Shown here piece by piece: positions 1 to 10,146 of a DNA stretch of 64,000 bases. The translations under genes and the position numbers were made by a program. The stretch is from an uncultured Candidatus Rokubacteria bacterium. GTDB taxonomy: Bacteria; Methylomirabilota; Methylomirabilia; Rokubacteriales; CSP1-6. The notes below the pieces were generated by a model that was not told the origin of the DNA, did not search any database, and saw only the letters and a program-made list of their open reading frames with translations. Each line of letters begins with the position of its first letter. Within the stretch, counting starts at the first letter, position 1. The DNA is taken from positions 378,370-442,369 of the forward strand of contig CAVPPZ010000012.1 of assembly GCA_963707305.1 (NCBI GenBank), in the 5' to 3' direction.

Positions 1-23
1 GCTCGCCCCTGAGGAGGACCGCG

Positions 24-1325
24 GTGGCCAGTCCGGAACGCTCGCGCCCAGGCCGGGTCGTCTTCATCACCGGCGCCTCCTCCGGCATCGGCGCCGCCCT
101 CGCGCGCGAGTACGCGCGGCGCGGCGCCGACCTCGCGCTCGCCGCGCGCCGCACCGACCGCCTGGAGGAGCTCGCACGCGAGCTCACGTCGCGCGGGCGG
201 CGCGCGCTCGTGCTCGCCTGCGACGTGACCCGCGACGGCGATCTCGAGACCGCCGCCGCGCGCACGCGCGAGGCGTTCGGCCGGATCGACGTCGTCGTGG
301 CCAACGCCGGCTTCGGCGTGGTCGGCCCCGTCGCGCGGCTGCGGCTCGACGACTTCCGCCGCCAGTTCGAGACCAACGTGTTCGGCGTGCTGCGGACGAT
401 CTACGCGACGCTGGACGACCTCAGGCGCTCGCGCGGCCACCTCGCCATCCTGGGCTCGGTCAGCGGTCACCTCGCCACGCCGGGCGGCGCCCCGTACGCG
501 ATGAGCAAGTTCGCGGTGCGGGCGCTCGCCGAAGCGCTGCGCCACGAGCTGCGCCCCGCGGGGGTCGGCGTCACGCTCATCAGCCCGGGGTTCGTCGAGA
601 GCGAGATCCGTCTCGTCGACAACCAGGGGACGCTCCGGACCGAGGGACGCGACGCCGCCCCGGCCTGGCTGCGGATGGACGCGAACACGGCGGCCCGGAA
701 GATCGTGCGCGCGATCGAGCGTCGCAAGCGCGAGGCGGTCATCACCGGGCACGGCAAGGCGGCGGTCTTCGTGCAGCGCCATCTGCCCGGCGTGATGAGC
801 GCGCTGGTCGGCCTCTCGGGCTATCGCGGCCGGCACGAGCCAGCGAGGCGCCACTCGCGCCGCGGGAGCTCAGCCGCAGCGCGATCGATCGGGCACGTAC
901 GCCGGGAACACGCTGCGCAGCACGTCGGGCGCGGCGACCGACAGAAATCCCGCCACGAGCTTGCGGGCCGCGCCGCGCACCGCGACGAAGGTGATGGCCG
1001 CCGTGGCGACGAGCGTCCCCGCGTCATCCCACGCGGAAATTGCGGTGTCCCAGTACCGAGGATCGTCGGGCCGCTGGTGCACGTCAGCGCGGCGTCCCTC
1101 GACGACGAATGCGCCGCGCCGAACGCGACCGGCGCGTGCAGAGCAATCCGCAGATCGGTCGTCATCCCGGATTCGCCGGACGCTGCCGCCCCGAGCCAGA
1201 ACGCCGCTTCGTCGAGCAGGGCGGTGAGCGCAACCGGCGCGAGCGTCCCGTCGGCGCGACGCAGAGCGTCGAGCGGCGTCCATGTTCCGCCGATGACGTC
1301 GTCGTCGATCGTGAGCCGAGCGTGA
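24..1325 (+). CDS. short-chain dehydrogenase/reductase (SDR); only ~24-850 looks like genuine SDR sequence
   Basis: Rossmann motif VVFITGASSGIGAALA, NAG, catalytic Y-x3-K (PYAMSKFAV). GTG start at 24. ORF tail 850-1325 is Arg/Ala-rich and antisense to a thioesterase gene, so the true stop is probably lost to an indel near 830-870. Confidence 0.75.
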   Translation: MASPERSRPGRVVFITGASSGIGAALAREYARRGADLALAARRTDRLEELARELTSRGRRALVLACDVTRDGDLETAAARTREAFGRIDVVVANAGFGVVGPVARLRLDDFRRQFETNVFGVLRTIYATLDDLRRSRGHLAILGSVSGHLATPGGAPYAMSKFAVRALAEALRHELRPAGVGVTLISPGFVESEIRLVDNQGTLRTEGRDAAPAWLRMDANTAARKIVRAIERRKREAVITGHGKAAVFVQRHLPGVMSALVGLSGYRGRHEPARRHSRRGSSAAARSIGHVRREHAAQHVGRGDRQKSRHELAGRAAHRDEGDGRRGDERPRVIPRGNCGVPVPRIVGPLVHVSAASLDDECAAPNATGACRAIRRSVVIPDSPDAAAPSQNAASSSRAVSATGASVPSARRRASSGVHVPPMTSSSIVSRA

Positions 1326-1385
1326 AGCCCAAGCGGATTCTCTGTCCCGCACGCGAAGCACGATCTTCGCGAGCGGCAGGATCAT
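870..1385 (-). CDS. PaaI-type hotdog-fold thioesterase, frame broken at least twice
   Basis: Pieces from three frames join: CFACGTENPLGLHARLTIDDDVIGGTWTP...ALLDEAAFWLGAAASGESGMTTDLRIALHAPV then FVVEGRRADV...YWDTAISAWDDAGTLVATAAITFVAVRG. Breaks near 1360 and 1110. Confidence 0.6.
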   Translation of the reverse strand: MILPLAKIVLRVRDRESAWASRSAHDRRRRHRRNMDAARRSASRRRDARAGCAHRPARRSGVLARGGSVRRIRDDDRSADCSARAGRVRRGAFVVEGRRADVHQRPDDPRYWDTAISAWDDAGTLVATAAITFVAVRGAARKLVAGFLSVAAPDVLRSVFPAYVPDRSRCG

Positions 1386-1400
1386 CGACTCGCGTGATGT

Positions 1401-1552
1401 CGCGGGAGGCACGGCGGCGGAGGCGGGCGGGGCCGGCGGGGGTGTGCCGCGGACATCAGCAGGTCGGGAGTGGGCGAATGCCCACTCCCGACATCGCAGG
1501 CCGCGGAACACCCCCGCCGGCCCCGCCCGCCTCCGCCGCCGTGCCTCCCGCG
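1401..1552. repeat. 152-bp nested palindrome (perfect 45-nt arms plus inner 13-bp hairpin)
   Basis: 1401-1445 is the exact reverse complement of 1508-1552. Inner hairpin gtcgggagtgggc (1463-1475) / gaat / gcccactcccgac (1480-1492). Core shared with the repeat at 55635-55759. Confidence 0.9.
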
Positions 1553-1843
1553 CCGCCCGGGTCGTCGATGGTCCCGTCGACGAGAAGCGTGCTTCTGTCG
1601 GACAGATGAAACCGCGTGGCATCGCGCGAGACGACGAGCTGGAGCGGCGTGGCGAGGGGAACGCGCCGACGATAGGTGCCGGCGAGAACGCGAGGCCGGC
1701 ACGCGGGCGCGAGCGCGTCGAAGAGCGCGAGGACGGTGCCGCCGTGCGCGGTGTCGGGCAGACCCTGGAAACGAGGGTCGAGCGGTGACGGTGCCGTCGC
1801 CGGTCGCGCAGCGGCGGAGGATCTCGTCGGTGGGCGTGGTCAT
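1456..1843 (-). CDS. hotdog-fold thioesterase-like protein, frameshifted; 3' end runs into a palindromic repeat
   Basis: MTTPTDEILRR..GDGTVT continues in another frame as LDPRFQGLPDTAHGGTVLALFDALAPA...LQLVVSRDATRFHLSDRSTLLVDGTIDD (break ~1783). The stop at 1456-1458 lies inside the repeat. Confidence 0.5.
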
Positions 1844-1864
1844 GGTCGCGTGAGATAATCGCGC

Positions 1865-3049
1865 GTGCAGGACATCTTGGCCAACCCGGCGTTCCTGCGG
1901 GCGGCCCTCACCAGCTTTTTCTTCTTCTTCAGCCAGAACGCGTTCGTGCTGCTGCCGCTCCACGTCAAGCAGCTCGGCGGCACCGAGCTCGAGATCGGGC
2001 TCGTGATGGGCGTCTACAGCGCCGTCGGCATCGTCACGCAGCCGCTGCTCGGACCATGGGTCGACGCGCTCGGCCGGCGTCCCTTCATGCTGGCCGGCAT
2101 CGCCTGCGTGTTCGTCGCGTCCATGCTCGCCGCGCTCGCGCCCAGCGTGCCGCTCCTCGTCGCCGTCCGCGTCCTGCAGGGCCTCGGCTTCTCCGCCTTC
2201 TTCGTGGCGAACCTCTCGTACGTGATCGATCTCGTCGAGCCTTCCCGCCGCGGCATGGCGCTCGGCATCTACGGGATCTCGGGCTTCGCGTCGACCGCGC
2301 TCGCGCCGCCGGTGGCCGAAGGCGTCGCGCGGCAATGGGGATTCAGCACGCTGTTCATCGTGAGCGGCCTCGTCGTCCTCCTCGCGGCCGTCCTCACGTG
2401 GCAGGTGCGCGAGAGCCAGCGGGCCGAGCTGCGCTACGTCCGCGGACTGCGGTGGGCGCAGGAGATCGTCGCGGACGTCTTCCACCCGCACATGGCCGTG
2501 GCGTTCTTCTTCGGGCTCGGCACCGGCACGCTCTTCGCGTTCGTGCCGACGTTCGCCGAGGACTTGAAGGTGCGCACGGTCGCGCTCTTCTACACGGGCT
2601 ACGCGCTCTCCGCGATCGCCGTGCGGCTGGTGGGCGGACGCCTCATCGACACGCGCGGCCGGCGTGCCGTGATCGTGCCCTCCATGTTCGTCTTCGCCGC
2701 GGCGCCGGCGCTGCTCGCGGCCGCGGGGTACACGGCGGCCCGTTACCCGAGCGTGCCCGTCCTCGGCGCGATCGTCCTGACGGGCCTCGTCTCCGGGGCG
2801 GCGCACGGCTTCGTCTATCCGGCGCTCGCCGCCCTGGTCGCCGACGCGGCGCCGCCCGCGCGGCGTGGCGCGGTCGTCGGCGTGTTCAGCGCGCTGTTCC
2901 TGTGCGGGCAGGCGGGCGGCGCGCTGGCGTTCGGCGTGTTCGCGCACGCGCTCGGCTATCCGGCGATGTGGCTGGCGCTCGCGGCCTCCGTCACGGTGGG
3001 CGCGGCCGTGAGTCTGCGCCTCGCGCGCCCGGCGGGTGCGGCGGGCTGA
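1865..3049 (+). CDS. MFS transporter
   Basis: Intact 394-aa ORF, multi-TM hydrophobic profile, MFS loop motif GPWVDALGRRPFM. GTG start divergent from the thioesterase gene. Confidence 0.85.
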   Translation: MQDILANPAFLRAALTSFFFFFSQNAFVLLPLHVKQLGGTELEIGLVMGVYSAVGIVTQPLLGPWVDALGRRPFMLAGIACVFVASMLAALAPSVPLLVAVRVLQGLGFSAFFVANLSYVIDLVEPSRRGMALGIYGISGFASTALAPPVAEGVARQWGFSTLFIVSGLVVLLAAVLTWQVRESQRAELRYVRGLRWAQEIVADVFHPHMAVAFFFGLGTGTLFAFVPTFAEDLKVRTVALFYTGYALSAIAVRLVGGRLIDTRGRRAVIVPSMFVFAAAPALLAAAGYTAARYPSVPVLGAIVLTGLVSGAAHGFVYPALAALVADAAPPARRGAVVGVFSALFLCGQAGGALAFGVFAHALGYPAMWLALAASVTVGAAVSLRLARPAGAAG

Positions 3050-3139
3050 CGTATACTCGCCGACAGCGGGCGCAGCGAGGCAGCGGAGCGGGTGGACGAC
3101 GGCGCGGACGCCCGGGCCGCAGGGAGGCGGGGCGATCCC

Positions 3140-3673
3140 ATGAAGCGTGTCGCACGGATCACGGTCGTCGTGCTCGTCGTGGGGGCGCTCACCGGTGGCG
3201 CGAGCGCGCGCGACCGGGCCGAGGTCGATGCGCCGCGTGCCGGCACCACGCAGGAGGCGAACGTGGTCGCCGTGCTGATGGACCAGGCGTCCCAGACGCC
3301 CGTGATCGTCCTCGAGGGCAAGCGCGACCACCGGCGGCTCCTGATGTCGATCGGGCTCGCGGAGGCGACCGGCATCGCGATTCCGCTCCAGGGCGTCACG
3401 CCGCCGCGGCCGCTCACGCACGACCTCTTCCTCACGATGTTCGGCCGCCTGAAGGTCGCCCTGAACCGGGTCGTGATCCACGACTTCCGCGACAACACCT
3501 ACTTCGCGACGGTGCACCTCACGGCGAACGGGACCGCGATGACGCTCGACTCGCGGCCGTCCGACGCGATCGCGCTGGCGATTCGCGCCAAGGCGCCCGT
3601 GCTCGTCGAGGACCGCGTGTTCGAGCGCGGGAGCGCGCCGGCGCCGCCCGGCGGGCCCAAGCCGGCGATCTGA
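3140..3673 (+). CDS. bifunctional nuclease family (DUF151) protein with signal-like N-terminus
   Basis: Core VVAVLMDQASQTPVIVLEGK..MSIGLAEATGIAIPLQGVTPPRPLTHDLF..DSRPSDAIALAIRAKAPVLV. Start chosen at MKRVARITVVVLVVGAL; the ORF opens at 3092. Confidence 0.7.
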   Translation: MKRVARITVVVLVVGALTGGASARDRAEVDAPRAGTTQEANVVAVLMDQASQTPVIVLEGKRDHRRLLMSIGLAEATGIAIPLQGVTPPRPLTHDLFLTMFGRLKVALNRVVIHDFRDNTYFATVHLTANGTAMTLDSRPSDAIALAIRAKAPVLVEDRVFERGSAPAPPGGPKPAI

Positions 3674-3674
3674 G

Positions 3675-4619
3675 ATGGCGACGCGAGACACCGACGGCCT
3701 GCAGTGGGCGCTCCAGCGCAGGCTGGAGGACGTCTTCGCCAAGCTCGGCGAGAAGTACGGCGACCTCACCGGCCGCGTCGAGATGCGCATCCGCCCCGAC
3801 GTCTCGTTCGACGAGGTCGGGGGGCTGCCGCACGCGAAGGCCGCGCTGCAAGGCTTCGCCACCGCGCTCTCGCATCCCGAACGCTATCTCGAATGGGGCA
3901 TCACCCCGCCCAAGGGCATCCTGCTGTACGGGCCGCCCGGCACCGGGAAGACGACGCTCACGCGCGCGCTCGCGGCCGCGGCCGGCGCCATCCACTACCA
4001 CCTGAAGCTCTTGAACCTCACGTCCAAGTTCGGCGCGAACACCGGCGAGATCCTGCAGGAGTCGCTGCGCATCGCCACCGGCGAGAAGCCGGGCGTGCTG
4101 TTCCTGGATGAAGCCGACGCCCTCTCGCTCGACCACCTGCTGCCGCCGCCGCAGGCCCGCGAGTCCAGCGCGCGGCTGGTGGCCGCGCTGTGCGAGAAGC
4201 TCGACGCGATGGACGCGGCCACCGGGGGCGTCCTGGTGGTGGCCGCCACGAGCCGGACGGACGTGATCGATCCGTCGCTCGTCGCGCCGGGCCGCCTCGA
4301 TCACCTCGTGGAGGTGCCGCTGCCCGATCCGGCCGGCCAGGAAGAGATCCTCGGCCTCCAGCGCGCGAAGCTCGAGCGCAAGGCGGGGCGCCCGCTCTTC
4401 GGCGAGATCGACCACGGCAAGGTGCTGCCGCTCATGGGCGGGCTGAGCGGCGGCGACATCTCGGACATCCTCCGGCGCGCGCTCGAGGCGAAAGTCCACG
4501 GCGACGCCGACGGGGGACCGCACGGCGTGGTGAGTACCGAGGACCTCCTCCAGGCGATCGAGACCTACAAGCGCGTGCGCGGGGTCGTCGAGAAGATCCG
4601 CTATGGTCAGTACCTGTAA
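3675..4619 (+). CDS. AAA-family ATPase (single classic AAA module)
   Basis: Walker A GPPGTGKT, Walker B VLFLDEAD, second region of homology ATSRTDVIDPSLVAPGRLD. Confidence 0.85.
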   Translation: MATRDTDGLQWALQRRLEDVFAKLGEKYGDLTGRVEMRIRPDVSFDEVGGLPHAKAALQGFATALSHPERYLEWGITPPKGILLYGPPGTGKTTLTRALAAAAGAIHYHLKLLNLTSKFGANTGEILQESLRIATGEKPGVLFLDEADALSLDHLLPPPQARESSARLVAALCEKLDAMDAATGGVLVVAATSRTDVIDPSLVAPGRLDHLVEVPLPDPAGQEEILGLQRAKLERKAGRPLFGEIDHGKVLPLMGGLSGGDISDILRRALEAKVHGDADGGPHGVVSTEDLLQAIETYKRVRGVVEKIRYGQYL

Positions 4620-5007
4620 GCTCCGCGTCCGCTACAAGGACACGGACTGCATGAAGGTCGTCTACTACGGCAACTACCTCACGTACTTCGAGGTGGGCCG
4701 CGTCGAGTACCTGCGGCAGCACGGCCTGGCGATGTCGGACGTGGACCAGAAGGTTCACCTGCCCGTCGTCGAGGCGGTGGTGCGGTACCTGCGGCCGGCC
4801 TATCTGGATCAGCTCCTCGACGTGCGCTGCTGGATCAGCGAGCGCAAGCGCGCGAGCTTCCGGTTCGCGTACGAGATCGTCAACGAGGCGGGCGAGCGCA
4901 TCGCCACCGGCTCCACCCAGCACGCCTGCTGGGACCCGCAGACCAGCAAGATGATCGCGGTCCCCGACTGGTTGCAGACCGCGATGCCCGTCGTCACGGC
5001 GCAATGA
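4603..5007 (+). CDS. YbgC/4HBT-type acyl-CoA thioesterase
   Basis: RVRYKDTDCMKVVYYGNYLTYFEVGRVEYLR signature; 134 aa; overlaps the AAA gene end. Confidence 0.8.
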   Translation: MVSTCKLRVRYKDTDCMKVVYYGNYLTYFEVGRVEYLRQHGLAMSDVDQKVHLPVVEAVVRYLRPAYLDQLLDVRCWISERKRASFRFAYEIVNEAGERIATGSTQHACWDPQTSKMIAVPDWLQTAMPVVTAQ

Positions 5008-5017
5008 CCGGGAGACG

Positions 5018-5045
5018 TTGAGCCGTCCGCACGTGCGTGTATAAT
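5018..5045 (+). promoter_or_regulatory. sigma-70-like promoter candidate (TTGAGC-16 nt-TATAAT) for the ABC operon
   Basis: -35 at 5018-5023 and perfect -10 at 5040-5045, 18 nt before the ATG at 5063 (very short leader). Confidence 0.45.
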
Positions 5046-5062
5046 CTGCCGTCGTCCGCGTC

Positions 5063-6067
5063 ATGATTGAAGTCCAAGGGCTGACCAAACACTACGGGGC
5101 GTTCACCGCGATCCGCGACGTCACGTTCAACGTGGCGCCGGGAGAGATCGTCGGCTTCCTCGGCCCCAACGGCGCCGGCAAGTCGACGACGATGCGGATC
5201 CTCTCCTGCTTCATGCCGGCGAGCGGGGGCACCGCGCGCGTCGCGGGCTACGACGTGTTCTCGCAGTCGATGGAGGTCCGCCGGCGCATCGGCTATCTGC
5301 CGGAGAGCGTGCCGCTCTACACGGACCTCCGCGTGGCCGCGTACCTGGACTTCGTGGCCGAGATCAAGGGCGTGCCGCGCTCGGCGCGCAAGCGCCGCGT
5401 GGCCGACGTGATGGACAAGTGCCTCATCGCCGACGTCCAGAACCGCCTGATCGCCCGGCTCTCGAAAGGGTACCGGCAGCGGGTCGGCCTCGCGCAGGCG
5501 ATCATCAACGACCCGCACGTGCTGATCCTGGACGAGCCCACCATCGGCCTCGATCCGCGGCAGATCACCGAGATCCGCGCGCTGATCAAGTCGCTCGCGG
5601 GCGCGCACACCGTGCTCGTGTCCACGCACATCCTGCCCGAGGTCTCGATGGTGTGTAACGGCGTCATCATCATCAACAAGGGCAGCGTCGTCGCGCAGGG
5701 CCCGATCGATCAGCTCGTCCAGCAGTTCTTCCCCAACAGCCGGGTCCAGGTGGAGCTCGACGCGCCGGCGCTCGCCGCGCGCGAGGCGCTGCGCGGCATC
5801 CCGGGCGTGCTGGAGGTGCGCGACGTCCTCACGGGCGAGGGCACGGCGGCCTTCGCCGTCGAAGCGGCGCGCGACCGCGACGTGCGCGGCGAGATCTTCC
5901 AGCTCGCCACCGAGCGGCGCTGGCGGCTGCTCGAGCTCCGGCGCGTCGGCATGACGCTGGAAGAGGTGTTCATCCGGATCGTCGCCGGCGAGGAGACGGG
6001 AGCGGACGAGCTCGAGAAGGACGTCCCGGTCGCGCCCGTGCCGGCGGACGAGGACGACCGGCCATGA
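5063..6067 (+). CDS. ABC-2 type transporter ATP-binding protein (GldA-like)
   Basis: Walker A GPNGAGKST, signature LSKGYRQR, Walker B VLILDEPT. Confidence 0.9.
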   Translation: MIEVQGLTKHYGAFTAIRDVTFNVAPGEIVGFLGPNGAGKSTTMRILSCFMPASGGTARVAGYDVFSQSMEVRRRIGYLPESVPLYTDLRVAAYLDFVAEIKGVPRSARKRRVADVMDKCLIADVQNRLIARLSKGYRQRVGLAQAIINDPHVLILDEPTIGLDPRQITEIRALIKSLAGAHTVLVSTHILPEVSMVCNGVIIINKGSVVAQGPIDQLVQQFFPNSRVQVELDAPALAAREALRGIPGVLEVRDVLTGEGTAAFAVEAARDRDVRGEIFQLATERRWRLLELRRVGMTLEEVFIRIVAGEETGADELEKDVPVAPVPADEDDRP

Positions 6068-6831
6068 AGATCTGGCCGATCATGAAGAAGGAGCTGCGGC
6101 TCTACTTCACCACGCCCGTCGCCTACGGCGTGATGTTCTCCTTCCTGCTCGTGATGGGGTACTTCTTCGCCCAGATCTTCTCGTTCTACACGATGGCCTC
6201 CATGCAGGCCGCGATGAACCCGCAGATGGGCCGCGATCTCAACGTGACGGACAGCGTGTTGCGCCCGCTCTTCTCCAACATGAGCGTGATCCTGCTCCTC
6301 CTCATGCCGCTCGTCACCATGCGGCTCTTCGCGGAGGAGCGGCGGTCGGGCACCATCGAGCTGCTGCTGACGTACCCGGTCCGGGACGGCGCCGTGCTGC
6401 TCGGCAAGTACCTCGCCGCGGTGATGCTGTTCGTGGTGATGCTGCTCCTGACGCTGCTCTATCCGGCCATGGTCATGTACTTCACCCGCGTCGAGTGGGG
6501 GCCGCTGCTCACCGGCTACGTCGGCCTCCTGCTCATGGGCGCCACCTTCATCGCGGTGGGCGTGTGCATCTCGTCGTTCTTCGAGAACCAGATCATGGCG
6601 GGCACCGTCACCTTCATGGTGCTGCTGATGTTCTGGGTCATCGGGTGGAGCGCGGACGCCGCGGGCGGGATCTGGAAGACGATCCTCAGCGAGCTGTCGA
6701 TCATCGAGCACTTCGACACCTTCGCCAAGGGCATCTTCGACACGAAGGACGTCATCTACTACCTGAACTTCACGATCCTCGCGCTCTTCATCGGGCTCAA
6801 GTCGCTCGAGGCGCGACGGTGGAAGGGCTAG
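6064..6831 (+). CDS. ABC-2 type transporter permease (GldF-like)
   Basis: ATGA start/stop overlap with the ATPase gene; six hydrophobic segments. Confidence 0.8.
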   Translation: MKIWPIMKKELRLYFTTPVAYGVMFSFLLVMGYFFAQIFSFYTMASMQAAMNPQMGRDLNVTDSVLRPLFSNMSVILLLLMPLVTMRLFAEERRSGTIELLLTYPVRDGAVLLGKYLAAVMLFVVMLLLTLLYPAMVMYFTRVEWGPLLTGYVGLLLMGATFIAVGVCISSFFENQIMAGTVTFMVLLMFWVIGWSADAAGGIWKTILSELSIIEHFDTFAKGIFDTKDVIYYLNFTILALFIGLKSLEARRWKG

Positions 6832-6832
6832 G

Positions 6833-8355
6833 ATGAGGCGGTTCGGCGACTGGGCGCTCTACGCCGCGATCGCGGTGCTGGCCGCGGCCGTGCTGCTTCC
6901 GTTCGCGCTGCCCGCGCAGGCGCAGTCTCCGCTGGTGGCTGCTGGCCGCCGGCGTGCTCCTCGCGATCGCGTCGTTCCTCGTGCGCATCGGCGACTACAA
7001 GAGCGTGGTCACCCATCGCAACACACGCTACGGCCTCAACACCGTCGTCACCGTGCTCCTGGTGCTCGGGGTGGTGGGGTTCGTGGAGGCGATCTCGGCC
7101 CGGCACAGCGCACGGGTCGATCTCACGGAGAACCGCCGCAACAGCCTCTCGCCGCAGACGATCCAGCTCCTGAAGGCCCTCAAGACGGACGTCCACGCGG
7201 TCGGCTTCTTCCGGACCGATCAGCCGGGCAAGCGGGTGGCCGAGGATCTCTTCAAGCAGTACGCGCGGTACGCCGGCGACAAGTTCACCTGGAAGGTGGT
7301 CGACCCGGACCGCGATCCGAACCTCGCGCGGCGCTACGCCGTGGAGGCGTACGGCACCGTCGTGCTCGAGACCAAGACCAAGTCCGAGAAGGTCACCGAC
7401 GCCGAGGAAGAGAAGCTCACCAACGGCCTCGTCAAGGTGACCCGCGAAGGCAAGCGCGCGATCTACATCGTGCAGGGCCACGGCGAGCACGAGATCACGA
7501 ACACGGAGCGTTCCGGGTTCAGCGAGGCGAAGGGCGCGCTCGAGCGTTCCAACTACGAGGTGAAGCCGCTCGCCCTCGCGCGCGAGGGCAAGGTGCCGGA
7601 CGACGCGGCGGTGGTGATCCTCGCGGGCCCGCGCACGGACCTGTTCGCGCCGGAAATCGACGCCCTCGACGCCTATCTCGGTCAAGAACGGCAAGCTTCT
7701 CGTGATGGTGAACCCGTTCCAGAACGAGGGCATGAAGAAGTGGCTGGTGAAGTACGGGTTCGAGCTGGGCGACAATCTCGTCGTCGAGCCGAATCCGATC
7801 GGCCGGCTCTTCGGCATCGGGCCGGAGGTGCCGATCGTCCAGCAGTACGAGAGTCACGCGATCACGCGCGACATGGGCGGCGTCACCACGCTCTTCCCGC
7901 TCACGCGCAGCGTGGCGGCGGCGAAGGCGCCCGCGCAGGGCCTCACCGTCCAGCTGCTCGCGCGCACGAGCCCGCAGAGCTGGGGCGAGACCAATCGCGA
8001 CGCGCTCCAGCGGGGCGAGGCGCAGCCCGATCCCCAGGATCCGCGCGGCCCCCTGGGGGTGGCGGCGGTGGCCACCAAGGACAAGGCGCGGATCGTGACG
8101 TACGGCACCTCGAACCTCGCGTCCAACCAGTTCCTCAACCTGCAGGGCAACCGCGACTTCTTCCTCAACACCGTGAGCTGGCTGGCCGAGGAAGAGGACC
8201 AGATCTCCATCCGGCCGAAGGACGCGCGACAGTCGCCGGTGTTCCTCACCGCCCAGCAGGGCCAGGCGGTCTTCCTGCTGCCCGTGGTGGTGCTGCCCGC
8301 GCTCGTGCTGGGCGGCGGCATCGTCGCCGTCGTTCGCCGTCGCTCGTCGAAGTAA
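6833..8355 (+). CDS. GldG-like ABC transporter auxiliary protein, frame broken twice
   Basis: MRRFGDWALYAAIAVLAAAVLL / WWLLAAGVLLAIASFLVRIGDY..HAVGFFRTDQPGKRV..YIVQGHGE / KNGKLLVMVNPF...FLNLQGNRDFFLNTVSWLAEEEDQISIRPK, C-terminal TM. Breaks ~6925 and ~7685. Confidence 0.75.
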
Positions 8356-8358
8356 CAC

Positions 8359-10125
8359 GTGCGCTGGCAGACGACGCTCGTCGCCGCCATCCTCCTCGCG
8401 CTCGTCGGGGGCTTCTACTACGTCTACGAGGTCCGCCTCGGCCCCGACCGGGAAAAGGGCGAGGCCCGCAAGGGCCGCGTCTTCGCGACGACCGAGACGA
8501 CCGACGTCACCGCGGTCGAGCTCAAGCGGCCCGACGGGGTCGTGAGGGCCACGCGCGACGGCGAGAGCTGGCAGCTCCTCGAGCCGGTGAAGGCGCGTGG
8601 CGACCGCGGGCCGATCGAGGAGACGCTCACCACGGTGGTGACCGCCAAGATGGACCGGGAGATCGACGCCGCGCCGAAATCGCTCGACGACTTCGGGCTC
8701 GACAAGCCGGCGGCGGAAGTGGATCTGACGCTGAAGGACGGCAAGCGCGTGGCGCTGCTCCTCGGCGGCAAGAGCCCGACGGGCGTCTGGGTCTACGCGA
8801 AGGAGCGCGACAAGCCGAACGTCTTCGTCGTCGGCGAGAGCGTGCTGCGCGACGCCACGCGCCCCGCCAGCGACTTCCGTGACAAGACCGTGCTCGCCTT
8901 CTCCCGGACCGACGTCACCGGCATCGAGATCGTCACCGCCGCCGACACGATCGCGCTCGAGCCCGAGGACCAGGCCTGGAAGATGACGCGGCCCCTCGCG
9001 CGTCCCGCCGACAACGCCATCGTGAACGAGCTGCTCGACAAGCTCGGCGCCGCGCGCGTGAAGGAGTTCGTCGCCGAATCGCCGCCGTCGCTCAAGCCGT
9101 TCGGCCTCGACCGTCCGCTCCGCGTCGTCCTGCACGTGGGCAAGGAAAAGGACCGCGCGTCGCGCACGCTGCTGCTCGGCGACGTGGACCAGGGCAAGAA
9201 GGGCGTCTACGCGATGCGCGCGGGAGAGAGCAGCGTGCTCCTCGTGCCCGAGGAGACCTGGAGGGCGGTGCCGCAGACGGCGGCCGCGCTCCGCGACAAG
9301 ACCGTGGTCGCCTTCGACCGCGAGAAGGTCACGCGCGTCGACATCGAGAGCCCCAAGGGACAGGTCACCGTGACGAAGGAGAAGGACGCCTGGAAGATCA
9401 CGGCGCCCGAAGCCCTGGCCGCCGACCAGGTCGAGGTCGGGGCGGTCCTGAGTCGCCTGCGCGAGCTCCGGGCGCAGGCGTTCCTCAGCGACGACGCCTC
9501 GGGCATCCCGCGCTACCTGGCCAAGCCCGAGGTGAAGGTCACCGTCCATCAAGCGGGCGCGCCGGCGCCGACCATCGTGCTGCTCGCCCCGTCCCCTGAC
9601 ACGCGCGGCGGTCAACCCACCGTGTACGCCGCCGTCGCGGGCAAGGGCCCGGTCGTGCTCGTCGACGGCAAGGCCATCGAGAACGTCGGCCGGACCTCGC
9701 TCCAGCTCCGGGATCGGCGGGTCTTCGCGGGGCTCGAGCCGAAGGACGTCAAGCGCATGCGCGTGAAGGCGGGCGGACAGAGCGCGGTCCTCGAGCGGAG
9801 CGGTGACTCCGAGTGGAAGCTCGTGGAGCCGACCAAAGGCGCCGCGAAATCCTCGAAGGTCGAAGACCTCCTCTACACCCTGCGCGGGCTCAAGTGGGAC
9901 GACATCGCTGCCGATAAACCGGAAACACCCGCGCGCTGGGGGCTCGACGCGCCCGCGTTCGAGGTGACCCTGTTCAAGGCCGATGGCGGAGAAATCGGGA
10001 CCCTGGTGGTCGGCAAGCGCGACGGTGAGCGCTACTTTGCGCGCACCGCGGGGGGACCGGTCTACGCGATCGGTGCGCGGGCGATCGGGGAGCTTCCCAA
10101 GGTCCCGGACGACTTCAAGGGCTGA
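8359..10125 (+). CDS. DUF4340 domain protein (usual partner of GldG-type systems)
   Basis: Intact 588-aa ORF, N-terminal TM, repeated beta-rich modules; position directly after the GldG-like gene. Confidence 0.65.
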   Translation: MRWQTTLVAAILLALVGGFYYVYEVRLGPDREKGEARKGRVFATTETTDVTAVELKRPDGVVRATRDGESWQLLEPVKARGDRGPIEETLTTVVTAKMDREIDAAPKSLDDFGLDKPAAEVDLTLKDGKRVALLLGGKSPTGVWVYAKERDKPNVFVVGESVLRDATRPASDFRDKTVLAFSRTDVTGIEIVTAADTIALEPEDQAWKMTRPLARPADNAIVNELLDKLGAARVKEFVAESPPSLKPFGLDRPLRVVLHVGKEKDRASRTLLLGDVDQGKKGVYAMRAGESSVLLVPEETWRAVPQTAAALRDKTVVAFDREKVTRVDIESPKGQVTVTKEKDAWKITAPEALAADQVEVGAVLSRLRELRAQAFLSDDASGIPRYLAKPEVKVTVHQAGAPAPTIVLLAPSPDTRGGQPTVYAAVAGKGPVVLVDGKAIENVGRTSLQLRDRRVFAGLEPKDVKRMRVKAGGQSAVLERSGDSEWKLVEPTKGAAKSSKVEDLLYTLRGLKWDDIAADKPETPARWGLDAPAFEVTLFKADGGEIGTLVVGKRDGERYFARTAGGPVYAIGARAIGELPKVPDDFKG

Positions 10126-10146
10126 GCCCCTGTCGGGGCGGCCGGC

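Noticed and set aside
1382-3862. 826-aa ORF on the minus strand
   Set aside because: Arg/Ala/Gly/Pro-rich low-complexity translation lying antisense to the MFS transporter and nuclease genes. This is the typical spurious long ORF of a high-GC genome. Only its last ~20 codons (MTTPTDEILRR...) belong to a real gene.
7519-9615. 698-aa minus-strand ORF
   Set aside because: Antisense to the GldG-like and DUF4340 genes; composition (R, G, A, D, E, H runs) has no domain-like features.
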